DNA of 64,000 bases, taken from Candidatus Fraserbacteria bacterium (GTDB lineage: Bacteria; Bipolaricaulota; Bipolaricaulia; RBG-16-55-9; DRXL01). The notes beneath the pieces are model-generated. The model was not told the DNA's origin and did not search any database. It was given only the letters and a program-made list of their open reading frames with translations. The position numbers and the translations under genes were made by a program. Positions within the stretch are counted from its first letter, which is position 1. Every line of letters starts with the position of its first letter. Positions 10,665 through 20,226 of this stretch are shown piece after piece. The stretch spans positions 82,975 to 146,974 of the forward strand of contig JBBIUX010000002.1 of assembly GCA_037440025.1 (NCBI GenBank), written 5' to 3'.

Positions 10665-11108
10665 ATGCAGCATTCGACCCTCATGAAACGAGAAGAATTA
10701 GGGGATAAGTTTCAGCGGAACTGGTTGGTGATTGACGCGAAAGGGCAGACGTTGGGCCGATTGGCGTCACGGATCGCCAGGATTTTGATGGGCAAGCACA
10801 AGCCCGAGTATACGCCCCATGTGGACACGGGCGACTATGTGATCGTCCTCAACGCGAAAGAGATCAAAGTCACCGGAGACAAGCGCCAGCAGAAAAAGTA
10901 TTACCACTACTCCGGCTACCCAGGAGGATTGCGCGAGTGGACCTTTGCAGAGCTCATCGAGAAGCACCCGACTAAGCCCCTAGAAGAGGCCATCAAGAAT
11001 ATGCTCCCTAAAACGGTACTCGGTCGCCGAATGCTGAAGAAACTCAAAGTCTACGCTGGCGCTGAACACCCCCATCACGTGCAAACCCCTCAACCCTTGG
11101 AGCTTTGA
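10665..11108 (+). CDS. rplM: 50S ribosomal protein L13
   Basis: Start at [52 protein letters not shown]..., the L13 family. The track N-extension is rejected. A strong RBS precedes ATG 10665. Confidence 0.92.
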   Translation: MQHSTLMKREELGDKFQRNWLVIDAKGQTLGRLASRIARILMGKHKPEYTPHVDTGDYVIVLNAKEIKVTGDKRQQKKYYHYSGYPGGLREWTFAELIEKHPTKPLEEAIKNMLPKTVLGRRMLKKLKVYAGAEHPHHVQTPQPLEL

Positions 11109-11140
11109 GCAGGTTAGTAGCTTGCTGATAAGAGAGGGGA

Positions 11141-11165
11141 GGGGGCTCTATTATGGAGAGCCCCC
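11141..11165 (+). terminator. GC hairpin downstream of rplM (possible terminator)
   Basis: GGGGGCTCT-attatgg-AGAGCCCCC is a perfect 9-bp stem. No clean U-tract follows, so intrinsic-terminator status is uncertain. Confidence 0.4.
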
Positions 11166-11252
11166 TGTGTATCGGAGTGGGGTGGACTATCCCTCGCTTT
11201 TATACATAGAGCGAAGTTTCTGAAAAAACCATAGCAAAAAGATTCTTTTTTC

Positions 11253-11843
11253 ATGGAAAAGAATATGCCATCACCACGAGAGATCAAGTTTGGATTTGGG
11301 CACAAGACGACGCTGTTGAATCTCATCGGCTGTCTGGACAAGCCGACCTCCGGGCGCATCGTCATTGAAGATCGAGATGTCTCAAAGCTTTCGCCCAGAG
11401 AGCTAGCGGAAGTGCGGCGTCACCGTCTGGGCTTTGTCTTCCAGACGTTCAACCTTGTGCCGGTCTTGACAGCTTATGAGAACGTTGAGCTGCCGTTGTT
11501 GCTGACGGCTGTGGGAGCGGCGGAGCGGCGGCGGGTGCAAGAACTTCTCAATGCTTTGGGGATCGGAGATTTAGCAAGTCATCGTCCAGATGAGATGTCT
11601 GGAGGTCAGCAACAGAGAGTCTCTGTAGCGAGGGCGCTGGTGACTGAGCCAGCGTTCGTATTGGCCGATGAGCCCACGGCCAATTTAGATTCTGCAACGG
11701 GTACAGCGATTATTGAACTGATGCACAATCTGAACAGAAAACAAGGAACAACGTTCGTCTTCTCAACCCATGATCCTAAAGTGATGGAGCGGGCATCGCG
11801 ATTAGTGCATATCCGAGATGGATTGATTGACGACAGCTTATAG
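11253..11843 (+). pseudogene. ABC transporter ATP-binding protein (LolD/MacB/FtsE-like), N-terminally truncated with disrupted Walker A
   Basis: Product has Q-loop, signature LSGGQQQRVSVARAL, Walker B VLADEPTANLD and H-loop. It lacks about 35-40 N-terminal residues. The P-loop region reads FGFGHKTTLLN rather than GxxGxGKST. Confidence 0.6.
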
Positions 11844-12006
11844 AATGCCTCAGAGTCTCTCTGTTCGGTAGTCCTCTGCAGAATCTTCTTGCACATATGA
11901 TCTTCGCTTGGTCTTTATATGACGAACATCATTTTTTAGGTACCGCTCTATATCGGCGAGTGGCAACCCCCCAGTGTCTATCTTGATGCGCGCTCTTACT
12001 GGGAGG

Positions 12007-12747
12007 TCAATGTCGCGAAAGTTGTGTAATTTGAGAAGCCCCGCTTTGGATCTGTCTGTGCGCTTCTAACAGGCTCATGTCCAGATACCTCCTCAGCGCC
12101 CACTCCTCCGTCACGCGTATCCCGACCGTCGTGGTGAGCACCACCAGGCTCTGCTCGTTGGGGAAGACGCCCACCACCCGCGTCCGCCGCTTGATCTCTT
12201 GAAAGAGCCGCTCCAGCCCGTTGGTGGTGCGAATCCGCCCCTGATGCCCGCTGGGAAAGTCCAAATACGTTAAGGCCTCAATGATCCCGTTCTCGAACAC
12301 CTCCACCGCCTCAGAGAACTCGGCTTTCCAACGACCGCTGAACTGCTCTGCCAGAGCTTCTGCAGTCTCGCGTCGCCGCACCGCAAAGATCGCCCGAAGA
12401 TCCGCGGCTACCTCAGCCTTGGAGACGCCCTGCAAGTACATCTCTAGCACGGCTTCTTCCACCGAGCCGGTCAGCCAGCGGTAACGCTCAAACAACTCCG
12501 TCTGGAAGGTGCCCTCTCGATCACGGGGCACTCGCAACTGCTGAATCTGCCCCACGCCGGTGACCAGATCCCGCTCATACTCTCCGTTGCGTCGGCCCTT
12601 CCGTGTCGGGGAGCGTTGGTAAGGAGTCGCGCCTAGGTGTACGGTCAGTTCCTCTTCCAGAATCTGCTCCAGCAGCGCTTTGACGCCCTCGCGCACGCGG
12701 GTCTCCAGGTCTTGCTTCACCGTCTCTTCCAGCTCTTTCCGCTCCAT
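12007..12747 (-). CDS. IS256 (mutator-type) transposase, internally deleted: N-terminal and C-terminal segments only, DDE core absent
   Basis: ...HLGATPYQRSPTRKGRRNGEYERDLVTGVGQIQQLRVPRDREGTFQTELFERYRW...YLQGVS... gives the IS256 N-region. ...IRTTNGLERLFQEIKRRTRVVGVFPNEQSLVVL...WALRRYLDMS gives the IS256 C-region. About 150-170 central residues are missing. Confidence 0.65.
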   Translation of the reverse strand: MERKELEETVKQDLETRVREGVKALLEQILEEELTVHLGATPYQRSPTRKGRRNGEYERDLVTGVGQIQQLRVPRDREGTFQTELFERYRWLTGSVEEAVLEMYLQGVSKAEVAADLRAIFAVRRRETAEALAEQFSGRWKAEFSEAVEVFENGIIEALTYLDFPSGHQGRIRTTNGLERLFQEIKRRTRVVGVFPNEQSLVVLTTTVGIRVTEEWALRRYLDMSLLEAHRQIQSGASQITQLSRH

Positions 12748-12814
12748 GCTGCACCTCCGAGCATGCTTCTAGTTTGCCTCTCGAACGGTGCCCTCTTAAT
12801 TTACACACTTTACC
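12017..12814 (-). mobile_element. Internally deleted IS256-family insertion sequence remnant
   Basis: Imperfect terminal inverted repeats (12017-12038 gaaagttgtgtaatttgagaag versus 12793-12814 ctcttaatttacacactttacc) flank a transposase ORF lacking the catalytic core. It is about 0.8 kb versus about 1.3 kb for intact IS256 elements. Confidence 0.6.
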
Positions 12815-13014
12815 AGACGCGACCCTCGAAATGCTCCAGGCACTTCAGTACTGGATCAAACAACAGACCGTTCAGGGAGCTAACAAAACGATTGATGATC
12901 TGGCCATGCTCTCGCTACTACAAAAATGGATCAAAGGAACGCCCATAAACTGATAGACCGCGCGAGTAATCGCCGGCGCAGTGCAATGCGAAAGTTCTTC
13001 GCGCTCCTATAAAT

Positions 13015-13043
13015 TTGCCTGCATCTGCACGGATTCGTATAAT
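13015..13043 (+). promoter_or_regulatory. Sigma70-like promoter
   Basis: TTGCCT (13015-13020), a 17-nt spacer, then TATAAT (13038-13043). AGGGAGGA RBS, then ATG at 13064. Confidence 0.5.
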
Positions 13044-13063
13044 GTAAAAAAGGGAGGAATCTT

Positions 13064-13411
13064 ATGAAAGCTATCGCAACGCTTGTCGTCACAGGGCTGC
13101 TCTTTATCACGCTCGTCGCTCCCGTGGCCAACGCCGCCGTGATGCAGAAAGATGAGGTCAAATGTGATCCCTTCCTAAACGCATTGGCATCGTTTTTGAT
13201 CCCCGGCTGGGGCCAGTGGCTTAATGAAGAGCGAGGGAAGGCAGTCTTTCATATTGCTGTCGGGGTAGGATTGATCGCAACACCCATACTGCTTGCGGGA
13301 ACACCCATCGCGCTCTTCGCTGCTTTGGGTCGGCTTGTCTGGGGAGGATACAGCGGCTACGATGCGTTTATGACCTGCGTCGCTAAACACGATGAGGCGG
13401 CGAAGAAGTAG
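13064..13411 (+). CDS. Small secreted or membrane protein, hypothetical
   Basis: Signal peptide MKAIATLVVTGLLFITLVAPVANA, then a hydrophobic segment with a PGWGQW motif. Preceded by a strong promoter and RBS. Confidence 0.5.
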   Translation: MKAIATLVVTGLLFITLVAPVANAAVMQKDEVKCDPFLNALASFLIPGWGQWLNEERGKAVFHIAVGVGLIATPILLAGTPIALFAALGRLVWGGYSGYDAFMTCVAKHDEAAKK

Positions 13412-13412
13412 A

Positions 13413-14570
13413 TCATAGGCTTGCCAGGCCCTCGCGAAAACGTTTCAGGCCCTCGCGCAGTTGCTCCAGCGACGTCGCATACGAGATCCTCACGCAGTTG
13501 TCTGCGCCAAAGGCTGCGCCGGGGACAACCGCGATGTGCTGGCGCTCCAGCAAGAAGCGAGCTAGCTCGACAGAGCTTGTAATCTCCCCATTGAAAAAAC
13601 GCGAGACATCGGGAAAGACAAAAAATGCCCCCTGTGGCACGGTGACGCTGAGTTTCTTGATCTTCTGTAACTCGCTCAGCGCGAACTCCCGACGACGACG
13701 GTACTCCGATAACATTTTTTCTACGCACGACTGATCGCTTGTCAGGGCCGCCAGCGCCGCCTTCTGTGAGATAGACGTGGGATGCGACGTCAGATGGCTC
13801 TGGATCGTAGCCATCGCTTTGGTAATCTCTTTGGGCGCGACAGACCAGCCCAGCCGCCAGCCGGTCATCGCGTATGTCTTTGAAGCCGAACTGACCGCAA
13901 CCACACGCTCGGTGTCAATCTCGACGGCGCTCACGTGCTCCCCTTCATAGAGAAATCTTTCGTAGCACTCGTCGTAGATCACAAAGAGCTTGCGCAACTG
14001 AGCCAGCTCAATGATCTCCTGAAGTTGCCGTCGGTTCAGCACGGTGCCCGCGGGGTTGTTGGGCGAGTTCAGAATCAGTGCTTTGGTGCGGGCCGTAATG
14101 TGCTCCTTGATCAGATCAGCGCTGAGCTGAAAATCTCCGTTCGTTCTGATACAGACCGGCTTGGCTCCCACGAGCTTGATCTGTTCGGGGTAGCTCACCC
14201 AGTAGGGTATGGGAATGAGCACTTCATCGCCGGGCTCCAATAGCGCCGCAGCAATGTTATAGAGCGCTTGCTTGGCTCCGCTGGTGACGAGCACGTGCTC
14301 CGCTGTGTAGCGCGTGCCGTAAGCGGTGTTATATTTTTGCGCGATGGCCTCGCGCAGCTCCCCAATTCCGCTTTCAGCAGTGTATTTGGTGAAATTGTGA
14401 GTCAAGGCTTCGCGCGCGGCTTGCTTGATATGCTCAGGTGTGGGGAAATCAGGCTCGCCGGGCCCAAGGTCTACCACGCTAATACCTCGGCGCTTCAGAT
14501 CGTCGGCAGCGCGTTTGACAGCCATCGTCGCTGACGGCGTGATCTGTGTCACTCTCTGGGACAACTTCAT
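13413..14570 (-). CDS. PLP-dependent aminotransferase class I (aspartate aminotransferase-like)
   Basis: 385 aa with ...LGPGEPDFPTP..., ...SGAKQALYN..., ...NSPNNPAGTV... and the SASKTYAMTGWRLGW PLP-lysine motif. Confidence 0.85.
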   Translation of the reverse strand: MKLSQRVTQITPSATMAVKRAADDLKRRGISVVDLGPGEPDFPTPEHIKQAAREALTHNFTKYTAESGIGELREAIAQKYNTAYGTRYTAEHVLVTSGAKQALYNIAAALLEPGDEVLIPIPYWVSYPEQIKLVGAKPVCIRTNGDFQLSADLIKEHITARTKALILNSPNNPAGTVLNRRQLQEIIELAQLRKLFVIYDECYERFLYEGEHVSAVEIDTERVVAVSSASKTYAMTGWRLGWSVAPKEITKAMATIQSHLTSHPTSISQKAALAALTSDQSCVEKMLSEYRRRREFALSELQKIKKLSVTVPQGAFFVFPDVSRFFNGEITSSVELARFLLERQHIAVVPGAAFGADNCVRISYATSLEQLREGLKRFREGLASL

Positions 14571-14720
14571 GGGACTCCTTCTTTCGGCTCTATGTAAGAA
14601 TTAGAATTGAGCCCTATTGTATGCCAATGAACCATCATCGGCAACCACTCCGTAACGCTGATGACTGACAATCCCTTCTGTCGCAATTATCGTAGAAGCT
14701 GTACCCAAAAGGAGGTCGGT

Positions 14721-15506
14721 ATGAAGAAGTTGCTCATAGCATTCATCGTCTTGGGAATGAGCGTGGCTGCCACTGCCCAGACCGTAGACGTGACGGTCTC
14801 GATCAGCCTGCCCCTCACCCCGTCTGGGGTCTCGCTCGACCAGTTGATCTGCTCGGTGCAAGCCCAAACGGAGATCGAGAACTGGCAGATGGGCGGTCAG
14901 CTCGACATGACGCTCATGCCCTTCAACCCGAAACAGTTGCTCTTGACCGCTCACGGCGTCATGGGCGACTTCACTATTGACAACCAAGTTGTGCTAGACT
15001 TCCAAAACCCCATCCGAGAGCAAGTTACAGTGAGCACGAAGTACGCAGAGCTCGATCTCGCGCTCACCCTGGCGTATAGCTACACGCTGATCCCAGAGTT
15101 CACATTCGATTTTGGGAGCGCCACAGTGGGCGTATCTACGACCACGACTGAGGGCGTTCACCTTGCGAGCGCCACGACGATGACCCTACAAAGTTTCTCG
15201 AAGCAAGCTTTCACGATGGGCTTCTCTGTTCAGGGGGTCTTGATCTCGCGAACGACCGAGCTGACGATGGCAGGACTCTCTCAAGAAATCTGGGAGGTCT
15301 CTCTGCGCATACAAGAGTGGGCCCTCACGCGCACAACGGTCTACACCGCTGAGGGCTTCGCGTCTGATACCCTGAGCGTGAGCAAGCTGTTTGGCGACTA
15401 TCTCTTGGTCGGGACGACGGTCTTCGACAAAACGGGTTGGGCCAAGAGCCTGACGGTGAGCCGAACGTTCACCGAGATCGCGCTCGGAGGCAGTTCTTCG
15501 CCGTAG
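14721..15506 (+). CDS. Secreted Thr/Ser-rich hypothetical protein
   Basis: Start at MKKLLIAFIVLGMSVAATAQ (signal peptide) with GGAGG RBS. The 20-aa N-extension in the ORF track is rejected. Confidence 0.55.
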   Translation: MKKLLIAFIVLGMSVAATAQTVDVTVSISLPLTPSGVSLDQLICSVQAQTEIENWQMGGQLDMTLMPFNPKQLLLTAHGVMGDFTIDNQVVLDFQNPIREQVTVSTKYAELDLALTLAYSYTLIPEFTFDFGSATVGVSTTTTEGVHLASATTMTLQSFSKQAFTMGFSVQGVLISRTTELTMAGLSQEIWEVSLRIQEWALTRTTVYTAEGFASDTLSVSKLFGDYLLVGTTVFDKTGWAKSLTVSRTFTEIALGGSSSP

Positions 15507-15534
15507 CTTTCTCTGGCTTTTTTTGGTAGGCGTA

Positions 15535-15568
15535 GGCCCGTAGAAGGGGTAGAAGCCTTCTGCGGGCC
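15535..15568. terminator. Hairpin between convergent genes (candidate bidirectional terminator)
   Basis: GGCCCGTAGAAGG-ggtagaag-CCTTCTGCGGGCC, a 13-bp stem with one G-U pair. It lies between the 3' ends of the 14721-15506 (+) gene and mutL (-). No clear U-tract. Confidence 0.35.
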
Positions 15569-15707
15569 AATCGTTCTGCAAGAGATCACGCCGGCAGTCA
15601 TCTCGAAAGACCCCCGGCTGCGCCGAGAACGCTATGCGAATCGGAGTCTACCCAGCAGTTCGGGCTTCGCGGCTTGACCCTGTTGAAGCGTTGAGATACG
15701 AATGAAA

Positions 15708-17504
15708 CTATCGCCGCCCGAACTTTTTCTCTAACTCTTCTAACGAATACACCAACACAACCGGTCGTCCATGCGGGCAGCTATACGGGTTCTGCGCTCG
15801 CTTCAATTGGCGCACCAGTTCTTGCATCTCTTCAAGTCGTAACGACTGGTTCTTCACCACGGCGCCTTCGCACGCCACCCGCGCTGCCAACGTCTTGGCA
15901 AGCTCCTCCAGCGTCGGCTCGGCTTCGTGTTCGAGGACGGAGAGCATTTGCTCGATCGCTTCTTTGAAATCGGCCTTGCTCCAGTCGCTCGTCAGCACTT
16001 GCGGCCAAGCTCTCAGAATAAAAGTCCCGCCGCCAAAGTGCTCAAGACCAATTCCCACGCGCTCGTCCAACTCTTTCCGGTGAGCCGCGAGGAGTTCAGC
16101 TTGATCTGGCGGCATTTCAATAGTGACCGGGATCAGGAGCCGCTGGCGCACGATCTTGCCCTCTTTCAGTTGAGCGAGAAATTTTTCGTAGAGAATTCGC
16201 TCGTGGGCCACGTGTTGATCAATGATCTCTAAACCAGACTCCGTCTGAACTAAGATATACGTCCCGTGGAGTTGGCCCAACACGCGAAAGGCAGACACGG
16301 GCTCGGTGGCTGCAGGGGAGGGAGAAGGTGGGGCAGAGAACTGGCGGCGTTCTTCTATCTCTGTGCGCAGATCGAGCTGCGCGGAGGGAGAGGCCCTTAC
16401 TCCTGATTCTTCACCCTCACCTCCATCTCCTCTCCCCTCGGAGGGAGAGGGGAGCAGAGGGGTGAGGGGTGAGGGGCTAGGGGGAGAGGTTGGGAGTTTT
16501 TCAAACCTCGGCATCGCATGAGCTGACGTGAGCGCCCTGGTGATCGCCTGTTTGACAAGAGCTTGCACTTTGATCGGCTCGGCAAAGCGCACTTCGGCCT
16601 TTTGGGGATGCACGTTTACATCGACAGCTTGTGGGGCAATCTCGATGAAGAGAAAGATATACGGGTGCTGCTCGCCCTTGAGAAGACTGTCATAAGCCAT
16701 CGAGATCGCGTAATTGATCTGGGGGTCTTTCACAAAGCGCCCGTTGACGAAGATGAATTGTTCGGTTCTATCTGAGCGCGTCAGCTGAGGTGCGCTGATC
16801 AGCCCGTGAATTTTCAGCCCGGGGATTTCGGCGCGCGCGTCGAGCAGCGCTTTCGCCAGCTCAGCATTGTAGAGATGAGCGATAGCCTGACGCAGATCGC
16901 AGCTTGGCGGGGCGTCGAGAATTTTTTTCGCATTATGTTCAGCGCGAAAGTGTACGCTGGGGTACGCGAGCACAAAACGCTTGATCGTTCGCACAACATG
17001 AAAAAACTCCGTCTTTTCGGATTTCAAGAACTTCCGGCGCGCCGGAAGGTTAAAGAACAGTTCGCGGACATCTATCGTCGTGCCACGGGCGCGCCCAGCA
17101 GCTTTTACAGATGTGATGTGCCCGCCCTCGATCTCAGCGCGCACGCCCTCCGGCGCCGCTTCGCTTTTGCTGATAATCACCGTCTTGGAGACCTCGACGA
17201 TGCTGGCAAGCGCCTCGCCGCGAAAACCGAGCGTGCGAATGTCAAACAGATCGTCTTCAGAAGAGATTTTGCTCGTCGTATGGCGCTGAATGGCTAACAA
17301 TACATCTTCTTGGCTCATGCCCTCGCCGTCGTCAGCGACACAGAGGCGCTGCTCGCCGCTGCCTTCGACGAAGAGTTCAATCTTCGTCGCCCCGGCATCA
17401 AGAGCGTTTTCGATCAATTCCTTGGCAACTGATGCAGGACGCTCGATCACTTCCCCCGCGGCGATCTTGTTCACCAAGTGCGAATCCAAGACTTTGACTT
17501 TCAT
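15708..17504 (-). CDS. mutL: DNA mismatch repair protein MutL
   Basis: 598 aa with N-terminal GHKL ATPase motifs (...IAAGEVIERPASVAKELIENALDAGAT...) and C-terminal dimerisation domain. The linker contains a palindromic-repeat insertion. Confidence 0.9.
   Translation of the reverse strand: MKVKVLDSHLVNKIAAGEVIERPASVAKELIENALDAGATKIELFVEGSGEQRLCVADDGEGMSQEDVLLAIQRHTTSKISSEDDLFDIRTLGFRGEALASIVEVSKTVIISKSEAAPEGVRAEIEGGHITSVKAAGRARGTTIDVRELFFNLPARRKFLKSEKTEFFHVVRTIKRFVLAYPSVHFRAEHNAKKILDAPPSCDLRQAIAHLYNAELAKALLDARAEIPGLKIHGLISAPQLTRSDRTEQFIFVNGRFVKDPQINYAISMAYDSLLKGEQHPYIFLFIEIAPQAVDVNVHPQKAEVRFAEPIKVQALVKQAITRALTSAHAMPRFEKLPTSPPSPSPLTPLLPSPSEGRGDGGEGEESGVRASPSAQLDLRTEIEERRQFSAPPSPSPAATEPVSAFRVLGQLHGTYILVQTESGLEIIDQHVAHERILYEKFLAQLKEGKIVRQRLLIPVTIEMPPDQAELLAAHRKELDERVGIGLEHFGGGTFILRAWPQVLTSDWSKADFKEAIEQMLSVLEHEAEPTLEELAKTLAARVACEGAVVKNQSLRLEEMQELVRQLKRAQNPYSCPHGRPVVLVYSLEELEKKFGRR
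16405..16490. repeat. GC-rich nested palindromic element (copy inside the mutL linker coding sequence)
   Basis: CACCCTCACC...CTCTCCCCTCGGAGGGAGAGGGGAG...GGTGAGGGGTGAGGGG. Encodes the in-frame PSPSPLTPLLPSPSEGRGDGGEGEE stretch of MutL. Confidence 0.55.
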
Positions 17505-17642
17505 GGGCGTTCTCTGTCACAATAGCAAAAGAGAAGGGAGCTGACAAATGACATAGTGAGCGCGACCAAGCTAGGAATTCTAGGACAGTAGATACTAAGC
17601 CTAGTTGCGCGATGCTCGAATCTTCCATATATTGAAAGCATC

Positions 17643-19295
17643 ATGACTCAAGATTACAAGGTGAGAGGAGCAGTTTGGACCCCACAGCCTATCGCTGAAC
17701 TGCTGGTCACCTGGGCTGTTTGCTCGGCTACCGACTCGGTGCTCGATCTAGGCTGTGGTGAAGGCGTCTTTCTCTGCGAAGCCATCAAGAGGCTCAAATC
17801 CTTAGGTGCGCCCGTAGAACAAATTGCCTATCAGCTTTCTGGGGCCGAACTGGATCAGGCTACCTACAAGGAGTTACAAGACAAATTGGAACAGTCACTA
17901 GGTCTGGTCCCGCCTCATGTGTACTCGGACGACTTTTTCAAGGCCGAATTTCCTCAGGTTGAGGCTGTTGTTGGGAACCCACCTTATGTAAGGCGTTGGT
18001 GGCTAGACGGTCTTGATGAAATACGATATGTCATCAGCGATACAGCGATAAACTTCTCTCGTTCTACAGATCTAGCTTGCTATTTCGTAGTTCACGCTGC
18101 GAAATTCTTGAAACCGGGAGGCCGACTGGCGCTCATTCTCACCGATAGTTGGCTTGATATGGACTATGGGGTGAACTTCAAGAGGTTCTTACTCGGCCGC
18201 TTCAAGATCCGTGCGATTATCGGCTTTGAAGCTAAAGTCTTTCCCGAACATCTGATCAAGGCCGTTTTGCTCCTGGCAGAAAAACGGAGTAGTGCTCCTC
18301 AAAACGAAACACACCTTCACACGGCCTTCATCCGCTGGAAAACCCTACCCTCACCTTTGGATTGGGACGCTGCTCTCTCTGAAGGTTCACCCTATGCCAT
18401 CAGTGTTTTGGTTAAACCACAGAGTGACTTAAGGCCTAAGGAATCTTGGGGTAAATTTCTCTACGCGCCCCCAACATATTTTCACCTCGCTCAACACCCC
18501 CGACTAGTACCTTTACAAGCCCTGGCCAAGACGCGCATCGGCTTCCAGAGCTTTTGCAAACAATTCTATATTGTGCCAGCGAGATCTCCATGGCCCGTTG
18601 AACCACAATACCTGAAGCCCCTCATCCACTCGCCGAAAGACATTTCTGGTCCCGTCCTGAGCCCAACACAGCCCGCTAAGCACTTTTTGCTTTACTGTGG
18701 TGAGCCCCAGAGCAAGCTTGCAGGAATGCAGGTGCTCCGTTACATTGAATGGGGAGAGTCCCAGAAAATTATCCCACGAGGGAAGGACCAAGAAGTAATC
18801 GGCTTTCACAACCTGCCCCGTGTTAGACGCGCCAGCAGGCAGCCCTGGTACAACGTGGTACCTGAAGTGAATCGCCGAGGAAGCTGGCCCGTTTTGCTTT
18901 TTCGGCGGATATTCAAACGCTATACAGTAATCTGGAATCAAGCTGGTTGGATCGCAAACGAGAATTTTATTGAGCTGCAGCCTAAGCCTGGAGTAAATCT
19001 GTTATCATTGTTAGCCTTTCTGAGCTCTTCTTTTGCCGAACTGCTTTTCCGAGCCCATGCCCATCGCTACGGAGGGGGGGTCTACAACCTCAACCCAGGA
19101 GACATTCGGAGTGTCCCCGTGCTGAACATCCTGAAATTAAGCGAAAATGAACGAAGGCAATTGGCGACAGCCTACGAGTCTTTCCTGTTTTCGGAAGGGC
19201 GAGATCGCCAAGCGCTGGACCAAGTGATTGCGAGCGTCTTAGGCTTAGAAACACCTTCTTTAGAAGACCAGGCCGAGGAAAAACTTGGAGTCTAA
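17643..19295 (+). CDS. N6-adenine DNA methyltransferase, gamma class (Eco57I/PstI-like type II MTase)
   Basis: Motif I VLDLGCGEGVFL (SAM binding) near aa 35 and motif IV VVGNPPYV (NPPY) near aa 112. A C-terminal region about 400 aa long is consistent with a target-recognition domain. Lower GC than the flanks. Confidence 0.65.
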   Translation: MTQDYKVRGAVWTPQPIAELLVTWAVCSATDSVLDLGCGEGVFLCEAIKRLKSLGAPVEQIAYQLSGAELDQATYKELQDKLEQSLGLVPPHVYSDDFFKAEFPQVEAVVGNPPYVRRWWLDGLDEIRYVISDTAINFSRSTDLACYFVVHAAKFLKPGGRLALILTDSWLDMDYGVNFKRFLLGRFKIRAIIGFEAKVFPEHLIKAVLLLAEKRSSAPQNETHLHTAFIRWKTLPSPLDWDAALSEGSPYAISVLVKPQSDLRPKESWGKFLYAPPTYFHLAQHPRLVPLQALAKTRIGFQSFCKQFYIVPARSPWPVEPQYLKPLIHSPKDISGPVLSPTQPAKHFLLYCGEPQSKLAGMQVLRYIEWGESQKIIPRGKDQEVIGFHNLPRVRRASRQPWYNVVPEVNRRGSWPVLLFRRIFKRYTVIWNQAGWIANENFIELQPKPGVNLLSLLAFLSSSFAELLFRAHAHRYGGGVYNLNPGDIRSVPVLNILKLSENERRQLATAYESFLFSEGRDRQALDQVIASVLGLETPSLEDQAEEKLGV

Positions 19296-20179
19296 TGGCG
19301 ACTGCTCGACAAGAAACGATTCTTAAGGCCATTGCTGCGGTTTTGGAGGCCATTGGCTTCCCTCGCCGCTGGAATACGAGGCAGACAGGGTACTGTCTTC
19401 TGGGGCTGCTTGACAAGACGCCGCGTAAAGGCTTGTTACCCGGCAAGACTTGCTTAAATGACGGGGCTCGCATCCATGACATCTTGGAATTCGTCCGAAA
19501 GACATTCCGCGTTAAGGTTGCCGAAAATACAAGAGAGACCTATCGAAAGACCTCTCTCAAGCAACTATTCGACCACGGACTCATCACGCGAGTGCAATCT
19601 TCAACTAATGATCCCAATACGCATTATATCCTCAACCGGGAATTTGAGAAAACGCTGCGCACCTATCTGGAAGCGCCACTCCAACGCAGAACTCAGATTC
19701 TATCCTCATTTAAGAAACCGTCAGTCATTTCAGAAGAGATCGCTGACAAGCGCGGTGTAAGAGTTACAATAGGGGATAACGTTATAGAACTCAGCCTAGG
19801 CCATCATAACCAGTTGGTCAAGCAGATTATAGAAATCTTTGCATCTGCTTTTGTGGACGATCCGGAAGTTCTGTATATAGGTGACACCGCCCATAAGCTC
19901 AAGTATCTCGGTCAGACAGCTGAGAAACTGGGGATTTTCCTTGATGAACATGCCAAGGCTCCTGATGTAATCTTGTACTCAAAAAGCAAGAACATCGTTT
20001 ATATCATCGAAGCCGTCATCAGCAGCGGGGTTTTCTCGCCAGATCGCGTACAGGATGTCGAGAGGGTCTTGTTCGGAGGGCAAGGGAAACAATTCGGTGT
20101 CGAGTATTTTACGGCCTTTCCAGATCGTGCGACCTTTCGCAAGTTCGTCGAAGAAATTGCTTGGGGGACTCAAGTCTAG
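19295..20179 (+). CDS. Candidate cognate restriction endonuclease (inference from context; no motif-level proof)
   Basis: 294-aa ORF translationally coupled to the MTase (TAATG overlap at 19293-19297), in the same low-GC island. Its size fits type II REases such as the PstI/BsuBI family partners of gamma-class A-MTases. Confidence 0.3.
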   Translation: MATARQETILKAIAAVLEAIGFPRRWNTRQTGYCLLGLLDKTPRKGLLPGKTCLNDGARIHDILEFVRKTFRVKVAENTRETYRKTSLKQLFDHGLITRVQSSTNDPNTHYILNREFEKTLRTYLEAPLQRRTQILSSFKKPSVISEEIADKRGVRVTIGDNVIELSLGHHNQLVKQIIEIFASAFVDDPEVLYIGDTAHKLKYLGQTAEKLGIFLDEHAKAPDVILYSKSKNIVYIIEAVISSGVFSPDRVQDVERVLFGGQGKQFGVEYFTAFPDRATFRKFVEEIAWGTQV

Positions 20180-20226
20180 CTGGCGCAAGAGCCGTTTGGT
20201 GTCATTATCTTTCGGAGATGGAGATG

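Noticed and set aside
14601-14987. 128-aa minus-strand ORF
   Set aside because: Antisense to the plus-strand secreted-protein gene. His/Arg-rich low complexity.
15927-17297. Several plus-strand ORFs (101, 71, 70 and 163 aa) inside mutL
   Set aside because: Antisense to mutL. The 16306..16521 one is simply the palindromic repeat read on the other strand.
20161-20226. 22-aa N-extension of the secreted protein at 20227
   Set aside because: A signal peptide begins at MKRVWFVGLLCLAWNVNASA. The upstream extension overlaps the end of the preceding gene.
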